Assembly: GCA_963666215.2 (NCBI GenBank)
Contig: CAXWPL010000004.1
Coordinates: forward strand, 1 to 64,000
DNA from: Acidobacteriota bacterium
GTDB lineage: Bacteria > Acidobacteriota > UBA890 > WLXD01
DNA length: 64,000 nucleotides
Reading direction: 5' to 3'
The notes under the pieces were generated by a model. It searched no databases, was not told the DNA's origin, and worked only from the letters and a program-made list of their open reading frames with translations. The position numbers and the translations under genes are program-made. Shown piece by piece: positions 56,912 through 64,000 of this stretch; positions within the stretch are counted from its first letter, which is position 1; the number at the start of each line of letters is the position of its first letter.

Positions 56912-58387
56912 ATGAAACGTCGACTCGCCGCACTCGTCGCACTCCCCCTCCTACTATCCGCTCCCGCCGGCGCCCAGCAGGAGGAGAGCTACGACTACTG
57001 GCAGTTCAACCGCAAGATCGTCCGCTACGGCCAACAGGCCGTCATGATGTGCAACGGGCTGTTCACCTCCAACCGGACGCTCGAGCAGGTTTTCGAGCAG
57101 GATCTGGCTTTCATTCCAGAACCGGTCGGCACCGCGCGCGGCGGCGATTATGTTGTCGACTGGGAGCGCCGGGCCGTGGCCATCGGGGCACCTGACGGCC
57201 CACTGACCATGCGCGCCGCTTTCCGCGAAGGCGTCGGCTGCGTCGTCATGGGACCCGACCAGACGTTCGACGAGATCGACAGCTTGCCCGTCCTCGACGT
57301 GCCGCCACCGCAAGGCAATCCAGCCACCATGCCGTGGCCCGACGGCGACTGGATTGGCGACCAGCCGCTGCCACCCACGGTGGATGCGGCGGCCCTGCAG
57401 GCGGCATCCGACTGGGCGTTCGACCGCGAGTCGCCCGAGCAGGTAACGCTCAGCCTCCTGGTTGTCCACAACGGTCGCATCGTCCATGAGCGCTACGCAC
57501 CCGGTTTCGACGTCACCACGAGAACGCGCACCTGGTCGACGGCCAAGAGCATCGCGGGAACGCTGATCGGCATGCTGGTGGACGAGGGTCGACTGGCTCT
57601 GGATGAGCCTCTCGGGTTCGAGTGGTTTCCGAACTTGCCGTCGCCAGAAACCGATCCGCGCGCCGCCATCACGCTGCGGCACGTGTTGAACATGTCGAGC
57701 GGCCTGTATCCCAAGGGCTGGTTGGTTCCCGATCCTCCGACCGGCTCCGACATGGCCCACTGGGCCAGCGGTTCCGACATGGCCTACTGGTCAGGCGCCA
57801 GCTCGATCAAGGGTGCGCGCAACCGTTCGCTGATCCGCGAGCCGGGCACGTACTGGCACTACGAGAACTACGACACTCTTCTTGGCGTCTACGCCATGAA
57901 CCTGGCGCTGGGAGACGATCAGGAGTACGCGGCGTATCCACGCCATGCCTTGCTCGACCGAATCGGCATGCGCAATACGCTGCTGAGCATGGATCGCTTT
58001 GGTGACTTCATCCTCAGCAGCCAGGTCTACACCAACGCTCGCGACCTGGCCCGCTTCGGTCTCCTCTACCTCAACGGAGGTGTCTGGAACGGCGAAAGGC
58101 TCCTTTCAGAGGATTGGATCGAGTTCGCCCGCACCCCGGCACCCACCACCGCCGAGACCGGCAACGAATACGGCGCCCAATGGTGGCTCGTGCCGGATGA
58201 TCGAACCGACGTGCCCAAGGAGGCTTTCTCGACCTCCGGCAACCGCGGACAGTATTCCATCGTCGTCCCTTCGCACGACCTGGTGATCGTGCGCCGCGGC
58301 CTGGACTACGGAGAGATGGGCTTCGATCGCTGGGACCTGACGCGAGAGGTGGTGAAAGCGATCCGGAACTCGCCACATGTCCAGTAA
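56912..58387 (+). CDS. Exported serine hydrolase (beta-lactamase fold)
   Basis: WSTAKS (SxxK), YENYDT, ARDLARFG. Confidence 0.9.
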   Translation: MKRRLAALVALPLLLSAPAGAQQEESYDYWQFNRKIVRYGQQAVMMCNGLFTSNRTLEQVFEQDLAFIPEPVGTARGGDYVVDWERRAVAIGAPDGPLTMRAAFREGVGCVVMGPDQTFDEIDSLPVLDVPPPQGNPATMPWPDGDWIGDQPLPPTVDAAALQAASDWAFDRESPEQVTLSLLVVHNGRIVHERYAPGFDVTTRTRTWSTAKSIAGTLIGMLVDEGRLALDEPLGFEWFPNLPSPETDPRAAITLRHVLNMSSGLYPKGWLVPDPPTGSDMAHWASGSDMAYWSGASSIKGARNRSLIREPGTYWHYENYDTLLGVYAMNLALGDDQEYAAYPRHALLDRIGMRNTLLSMDRFGDFILSSQVYTNARDLARFGLLYLNGGVWNGERLLSEDWIEFARTPAPTTAETGNEYGAQWWLVPDDRTDVPKEAFSTSGNRGQYSIVVPSHDLVIVRRGLDYGEMGFDRWDLTREVVKAIRNSPHVQ

Positions 58388-58495
58388 GCTCGGGGTAACG
58401 GTTCCCCTAGCGTGTACCGCGGCCTTACGGCGCGACCTGCCAGCGCTCGGTGCACCTCCGCGCCCGTGGCACGTCCGCGCGACCGGAAGTCCGGA

Positions 58496-59269
58496 TTACC
58501 TCAAGACGTTGTGCTTGAGGGTCTGCCAGAGGGCTTTGCAGCCGTCGCGCCAGGTGATCTTCTTGCCCTCGGCGTAGGTGCGGCCGTGGTAGTCGACAGG
58601 GACTTCGTAGATGCGGAAGCCCTTCTTGGCGACCTGGGCGGTGATCTCGACCTCGAAGCCGAAACGGTCCTCTGTGAAATGGAGATCTTTCAGAAGCTCG
58701 CGGCGGAAAACCTTGTAGCAGGTCCAGACGTCGCTGAGGTTGAGGTCGGTGAGCATGTTCGACAGCAGCGTCAGGAAGCGGTTGCCGATCGAGTGCCAGA
58801 AGTAGAGAACACGATGGGCGCCGGCGCCGGTGAAACGCGAGCCGTAGACGATGTCGGCGCGGCCCTTGTCGATGGGCTCGATGAGCGTGTGCCAGTCCTC
58901 GGGATCGTACTCGAGATCGGCGTCTTGGATCAGGACGATCTCGCCGCGCGCCAGCTCGAAGCCGCGACGTAGCGCGGCGCCCTTGCCGTAGTTGCGATCC
59001 TGCATCTCGACGCGCATGCGACTGACGTCGAGCTCGACGCCCGATTCGGGAAGCGTGAAGCGACCCGAACCGTCGCTCGCCGCGGCGGCCATCTGCACCA
59101 GAAGATCGCGCGTGCCATCAGTGGACATGTCGTCGACGAGGATGAGCTCCTTGTCGATTGCCACCGCCTGCACGCGCAGCAGGATCTCTTCGATGGTCGC
59201 CATCTCGTTGTAGATGGGCATGACGACGGAGACTTTCGGGATTGAATTGGGCTGTGGCTGGTTCGCCAT
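58496..59269 (-). CDS. GT2 glycosyltransferase (polyprenol-phosphate sugar synthase-like)
   Basis: VMPIYNE, VDDMSTDGT, GKGAA, QDADLEY, FGFEVE. Confidence 0.93.
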   Translation of the reverse strand: MANQPQPNSIPKVSVVMPIYNEMATIEEILLRVQAVAIDKELILVDDMSTDGTRDLLVQMAAAASDGSGRFTLPESGVELDVSRMRVEMQDRNYGKGAALRRGFELARGEIVLIQDADLEYDPEDWHTLIEPIDKGRADIVYGSRFTGAGAHRVLYFWHSIGNRFLTLLSNMLTDLNLSDVWTCYKVFRRELLKDLHFTEDRFGFEVEITAQVAKKGFRIYEVPVDYHGRTYAEGKKITWRDGCKALWQTLKHNVLR

Positions 59270-59381
59270 TCCCCTGTCCTCGAAGGCTTCGGGAGACTCG
59301 ACTGCACGCGCTGCTTCGACCTGCATTCCACACCCCCCTGGCACACTCGCCGCACCCACGTCACCTGCCTCGGCAGCCGGC

Positions 59382-60176
59382 CTAACGAGTCTTCCGTGCG
59401 ATCGCCATGACGTTCTGTCCGAACGGCGGCGCCACCCACGACTCCAGCCGCGAAACCCAAGGGATGACGCATCGATCGTAGAACACGATATCCCGAGGAT
59501 GAATCGTACGCGAACGCACGATCTTGCCTGCCAGGAACCAGCTGGCAACGCCAAGCAGGTTCATGTAGCGGGTGAGCTCGACGGTGAACCCCGCCTCCTG
59601 CAAGAGCTGCGTCAACGTCTGACGAGTATAACGACGAAAGTGCTCGAGCTCAGCATCTAAAGTGCCGTAAAGCCACTGAAGCGCAGGAACGAATATCAGG
59701 AGCGTCCCGCCGCCGCGGAGCGCCTCGATCGCCGCCGCAGCGAACGCGGCATCGTCTTCGATGTGCTCGAGGACGTTCACCAGCACGATCGAGTCCACCG
59801 GTCCGCCGAGATCGGCGTCGCCAAAATAGGCCTGTACGGGTCGTACGCGCCGATCAGACCCGTTTGCCGCCTGATCTGTCCCGCCCGCGGGCGGGCCGGC
59901 ATCACTCGGCGGAAACCGTCGGATGAGGTGATGGAACAGGTTGTCGGCGGGCTCCAGGAGGGTCAATCGATCGATGTTGGGGCCGATCTCGGGTGAAGCG
60001 AGTAGATGACTGGCGAAGGTGCCGATTCCAGCGCCGACCTCGACCACGGAGCCCTTCAGGTACGGGCTGAGATAGCTGAGAATCCAGCGGTAGTAGTTCT
60101 TGGCATCAGCCAGCGCCTCGAGCTCGGAGCCGGAATAGGAGAACCCGGTGCCGTCCTCCACGCGCTGCTCAGCCAT
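59382..60176 (-). CDS. Class I SAM-dependent methyltransferase
   Basis: VEVGAGIG, NVLEHIEDD, HFRRY. Confidence 0.9.
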   Translation of the reverse strand: MAEQRVEDGTGFSYSGSELEALADAKNYYRWILSYLSPYLKGSVVEVGAGIGTFASHLLASPEIGPNIDRLTLLEPADNLFHHLIRRFPPSDAGPPAGGTDQAANGSDRRVRPVQAYFGDADLGGPVDSIVLVNVLEHIEDDAAFAAAAIEALRGGGTLLIFVPALQWLYGTLDAELEHFRRYTRQTLTQLLQEAGFTVELTRYMNLLGVASWFLAGKIVRSRTIHPRDIVFYDRCVIPWVSRLESWVAPPFGQNVMAIARKTR

Positions 60177-61506
60177 CCAGATTGACAAATTGCGACGCGG
60201 CCACTTCGCCGTCTGCGACTTCGTAGAGGGTGAACCCGGAGGGGAAGTCGATGCCAGCGCTCCGATCCGGGCTCACGATGGCGGCGCCGTTGTTGAACCG
60301 GATCGGCCTGCCGGCGACGCGAAGCATCATCGTCTCTTCCTTGTGAAAGTGTCCCCCGAGCACCAGCAAGACGCCGTGGCGTGACAGCGCAAGGATCACA
60401 TCGCCAGCGTTGCCGACGACATGACGGAACTGATAGCTGTCGTCAACCCGAACCGCGGTTCGCGTTGACCCCTCGCGGCTGTAACCGAAGAGAGTGTCGG
60501 TCACGCTGATCAAGGGGATATGCATCGCCGGGATCTTCAGGACGGGGTGCGCGGCATCACCAGCGGGCTCGGCTCCGAGAACAGCGTCGAACCAGCGCAT
60601 TTGTGTCTCGTCGACGCCACCGCGGTACCACATGTCGTCGTACACGGCGCTGTCGACGGCGACGATCCGCACCGGCCCAAAACGAGCGCTGTAGTAGCCG
60701 GGACCCAGATGTTCGCGGTACATGCGCTTGCCGTACAACGGGTGATCCTGCGCCACGCCGCTCTGGTCACGCTCGATGCCGAAGATGTCGTGATTGCCGG
60801 GAATCGAGACCACCGGAATCGTCGCTTGCTCCAGAGTCTTTCGGTAGAGTTCGAAGTACCCCTGTGCCACCGACTCCTCAACGCCCAGAGCGTCGCTCAC
60901 CAGGTCGCCGGTCACCACGGCGAAGGCGGCTCCATCGTTGGCCGCGGTCTGTAGAGCGCGAACGAAGCGCCTGATGCTGTCGGGATGGGCGTGGGGGTCG
61001 GACATGTGAGCGAACCGTAGTGACCCCGACACCCCGGAAGGAGGAAGACCGACGTCCCATCGACGCGAACCGTCCGCGGTCGTCGGAAGCTCGTCGACCT
61101 CCGCGTACCAGGACGACTGTTCAGTCTGCAGAAACCGATCGGGCCGCGCGTACGCCGCCGTGCCCTCGACGTAGATCAACCCCGGCGATGCGGCGTCGAG
61201 CTCGAGCACGAATTCGCCGGCGGCGTTGGTTCGCACAACGCCGACCTGGTCCGAGACCAGCGCGTCGGCGACTCCAGGCTCCGACGGCTCTCGAAGTCCG
61301 TTGCCGTTCGCGTCGGCGAAGACGCTGCCGACGACCCGGCGCGCCTGGCCCGGAGGAGTGGCAGAGCCAGCGCCGCCACTGGCACCGCCGGAGCGCCGAC
61401 CAGCCGACGCGCGAGCGACCGACCATGCAAGCGCGACAGCAAGCATCACCGCTACCGCCAGCGCCAGGCGTCGGCGCGCCGAACCCCTCAGCGGACGGAA
61501 CGTCAC
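60169..61506 (-). CDS. Exported calcineurin-like metallophosphoesterase
   Basis: DANGNG N-terminal module; SDPH, TGDLV, PGNHD, GGHFH; GTGA overlap with the rhodanese stop. Confidence 0.88.
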   Translation of the reverse strand: MTFRPLRGSARRRLALAVAVMLAVALAWSVARASAGRRSGGASGGAGSATPPGQARRVVGSVFADANGNGLREPSEPGVADALVSDQVGVVRTNAAGEFVLELDAASPGLIYVEGTAAYARPDRFLQTEQSSWYAEVDELPTTADGSRRWDVGLPPSGVSGSLRFAHMSDPHAHPDSIRRFVRALQTAANDGAAFAVVTGDLVSDALGVEESVAQGYFELYRKTLEQATIPVVSIPGNHDIFGIERDQSGVAQDHPLYGKRMYREHLGPGYYSARFGPVRIVAVDSAVYDDMWYRGGVDETQMRWFDAVLGAEPAGDAAHPVLKIPAMHIPLISVTDTLFGYSREGSTRTAVRVDDSYQFRHVVGNAGDVILALSRHGVLLVLGGHFHKEETMMLRVAGRPIRFNNGAAIVSPDRSAGIDFPSGFTLYEVADGEVAASQFVNLDG

Positions 61507-61955
61507 GGGTCGAGCCCCGCAGCGCGGCGCAGAGCGGCGTAGCCTCGTTCCCCACCATCGCCGGGTTCGACCGGCAGCCCGCATGCCTCCCATCCGGGCT
61601 CGAGCAGCTGCCCCATTGCGTCGTGCTTGCCCGAGAAACCGGTATCGAAGTTGGTGACGTTGGTGAAGCCGTGTTGCGACAGGATCATGGCGCCGGCGAG
61701 CGAACGCTGACCCGAGGCGCAGCCGCAATGAATCTCGACCTCGCGACCGATCGTCGCCTGGACGACGTCGACGAAATCGGTGTTGGGCACCATCTGCCCG
61801 CTGCCGGGATCGAGCTGGTAGATCGGCACGTTGTAGGCCCCCGGGGCGTGAGCGCGATCGAACTCTTCGATTGTCCGTACGTCGAGATAAACGGCATCTT
61901 TTTCGGCCTCCAGCCGTGCCGCGACCTCCGGCGGCGACATACCCGGCATCCCCAT
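61503..61955 (-). CDS. Rhodanese-like protein
   Basis: LDVRTIEEF..HAPGAYNVP, CASGQRS. Confidence 0.92.
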   Translation of the reverse strand: MGMPGMSPPEVAARLEAEKDAVYLDVRTIEEFDRAHAPGAYNVPIYQLDPGSGQMVPNTDFVDVVQATIGREVEIHCGCASGQRSLAGAMILSQHGFTNVTNFDTGFSGKHDAMGQLLEPGWEACGLPVEPGDGGERGYAALRRAAGLDP

Positions 61956-62209
61956 CGATCGATTCTCCTGGCAGAGTTTCCTGGCGACGTCTCGGGCGTG
62001 CCCGACGGCGCCTGGCAGCTGGCTCGTTGGCTGTCGCTAGGGTACTGGCCCATCCCGCCAACCGTCGTCGCCAGACGCGGCCCAGACTCGGCCGCGGCTC
62101 TGCAGACTGAACGGGCTCGGTCGACTCGAGGACGCGCAGCTATAATCACTCACCAGGACACCAACCATGAGCGACGATCCCCAGCGTATCCGCGCATCTT
62201 GGGCCTCGA

Positions 62210-63598
62210 TTGATTGAACTCGCCCCCGTAGGACGAGCCACGGCGCTGTTGGCCGCTGCCGCGATGGCTTCGGGCTCGCTTTCCATGGTCCCCGCCGCGT
62301 CGGCAGCGGCGCAGAACCCCGCCTCGGCTGCGCCTGACACCCTCGCGTCGAACGCCAACACGGCGGCCGACATTCCCGCTGCGCTACGGCGGGTCCTACA
62401 ACATCCGTCGCTGCGCGGCGCTCGCGTGGGCTTGCTGGTCACCGACGCGGAAACCGGCGTGCCGTTGCTGCGCCAACGCGCCGACGAGCTCTTTGCTCCG
62501 GCGTCGGTTGCCAAGCTGTTTACCACCGCCACCGCGCTCTGGAAGCTCGGACCGCACTTCGTCTGGCGCACACCCCTCGCCTACAGTGGCACGCTCGTCG
62601 GCGGGGCTCTCGAGGGCGACCTGTGGGCCCTCGGCCGCGGAGCCCCCGATCTCGTCGAGGAAAAGCTCTGGGTCACAGCGCAGGGACTGCGCGAGCTCGG
62701 CATCGAAAGAATCTCCGGCGATCTCGTGGTTGACGACAGGTACTTCGATGCCGAGCGCTACGGACAGGGCTGGCCGGGCGGCATCCAGGTTCGCGAGGCG
62801 TACCACGCGCCCATCAGCGGACTCATGGTCAACTTCGCCGCCCGCCGCGGTGCCAATGGCTGGGAATCGGTCGACGATCCGGCTCGGCACTTCGGTGAAC
62901 GCCTCCACGACCTGCTCAACCTCGCGGGCGTGATTGTCGAAGGGATCGTGCGCGAGCCCACCGACGAAGAGAAGGTTCGCATCGCAGCACCCGAGCTCAC
63001 CGGTACCAACCTGGGCTCGGCGTCGGTCCCCGTCGGCCTCACACATCTGTACACGATTGCCTCCGAGCCCCTCGGCCGCGTGGTGATGGACGTCAACAAG
63101 TTCAGCAACAACGTCATGGCCGAATCGCTCCTCAAAGCACTCGGCGCCACCGAGCACGGTGCCCCCGGCACGGTCGACAAGGGCCTCTCCGTGGTCAATC
63201 AGTTCACCAGCGAGGTGCTCGGCTTCGACCCCACCTCGTACACCCAGGCCGATGGCTCCGGCCTTTCGCGCCTGGCACGCTTCTCACCAGGGCAGATTTC
63301 AGCTCTGCTGAGCCACGCGTACCACGACTTCCACGTGGGCCCCGAGCTCGTCGCATCGATGAAGATCGGCGGCCTCGACGGCTGGAATCCCGCTGGCTTC
63401 AAGCGCGAGCCCATCGTCGGCGAGCTGCGGCTCAAGACCGGACACATCAACGGCGTCAATACGCTGGCCGGCTACCTGCACACCGACGGCGACCGCGTGA
63501 TCACCCTCGTCGCCATGATCAACGACCATCGCGTGGGCCAGTGGGAAATCGATCAACGTATGGCCGAGATCGTCGCTTTTCTGCTCGAAAACTACTGA
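62210..63598 (+). CDS. dacB: D-Ala-D-Ala carboxypeptidase/endopeptidase (PBP4, S13)
   Basis: PASVAK, FSNN, DGSGLS, KTG. Confidence 0.93.
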   Translation: MIELAPVGRATALLAAAAMASGSLSMVPAASAAAQNPASAAPDTLASNANTAADIPAALRRVLQHPSLRGARVGLLVTDAETGVPLLRQRADELFAPASVAKLFTTATALWKLGPHFVWRTPLAYSGTLVGGALEGDLWALGRGAPDLVEEKLWVTAQGLRELGIERISGDLVVDDRYFDAERYGQGWPGGIQVREAYHAPISGLMVNFAARRGANGWESVDDPARHFGERLHDLLNLAGVIVEGIVREPTDEEKVRIAAPELTGTNLGSASVPVGLTHLYTIASEPLGRVVMDVNKFSNNVMAESLLKALGATEHGAPGTVDKGLSVVNQFTSEVLGFDPTSYTQADGSGLSRLARFSPGQISALLSHAYHDFHVGPELVASMKIGGLDGWNPAGFKREPIVGELRLKTGHINGVNTLAGYLHTDGDRVITLVAMINDHRVGQWEIDQRMAEIVAFLLENY

Positions 63599-64000
63599 TG
63601 CCCGCGCAGGTCGACGTTCCTGACTACCCCGTGGCTTCGCAGGTTACCGTCGACCCTGCGACCACCGCGCTGCTGATTGTCGACATGCAGAACGACTTCG
63701 TCCGCGACAACGGCAAGCTCCAGGTGCCGACAGCCGCGGCCACGATCCCCACGATCGCACGTCTTCGTGACTTCGCACGCCGCCATGACATGGCGGTCTA
63801 CTACACCCAGGACTCGCACGAGCGGGGCGACCCGGAGTTCGCCCTCTGGGGTGAGCACGTCCTGATTGGTAGCGACGGCTGGAAGATCATCGACGAGCTG
63901 TCACCAGACAGCGGCGACAAGGTCTTTCAAAAAACCCGCTACGACGGCTTCTTCCAAACCAAGCTCGAAGAGACCCTGCAGGCGGCCGGCATCGACACGC
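63598..64000 (+). CDS. Isochorismatase-family cysteine hydrolase (runs off the window)
   Basis: ALLIVDMQNDF, TQDSH, KTRYDGF. Confidence 0.9.
   Translation, partial: MPAQVDVPDYPVASQVTVDPATTALLIVDMQNDFVRDNGKLQVPTAAATIPTIARLRDFARRHDMAVYYTQDSHERGDPEFALWGEHVLIGSDGWKIIDELSPDSGDKVFQKTRYDGFFQTKLEETLQAAGIDT

Overview
This is GC-rich bacterial DNA. The gene repertoire (M14 peptidase with a GATase-like tail, M1/M28 peptidases, a permease-less MFP/ABC/sigma54-regulator/kinase cluster) suggests Acidobacteriota, which is an inference. There are three zones. (1) 1-4.6 kb: an Rv1277/Rv1278-type SbcD/SbcC (Mre11/Rad50-like) pair and the start of a probable glycosyltransferase. (2) About 4.7-21.6 kb: a heavily scrambled integrated plasmid/defence island. 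It holds a Cre-like tyrosine recombinase with an upstream 11-6-11 site, dinJ plus an IS-truncated yafQ, a complete IS3 (IS407-like) element, an HNH-SF2 helicase fusion coupled to an unknown 483-aa protein, a PA14/sulfatase-like membrane protein, parFG-like genes, a Zn-ribbon/Toprim primase, and a 5'-truncated ColE2-type rep followed by a triplicated 40-bp origin-like unit. These are interleaved with many 35-350 bp gene relics. (3) 21.6-64 kb: ordinary chromosomal genes, including an ECF sigma/anti-sigma pair, an FAD/Fe-S oxidoreductase, PLP enzymes, a sigma54-controlled efflux module, a split RsmF, queCED-x-F, peptidases, YeeE sulfur transporters, GT2/MTase, rhodanese and dacB. I saw no rRNA, tRNA or CRISPR array. 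Several frameshifts sit in homopolymers and may be sequencing errors. Family assignments come from motif recognition, not database searches. The best novel-system candidates are the HNH-helicase/unknown two-gene module and the recombinase locus with a segment flanked by 14-bp inverted repeats.
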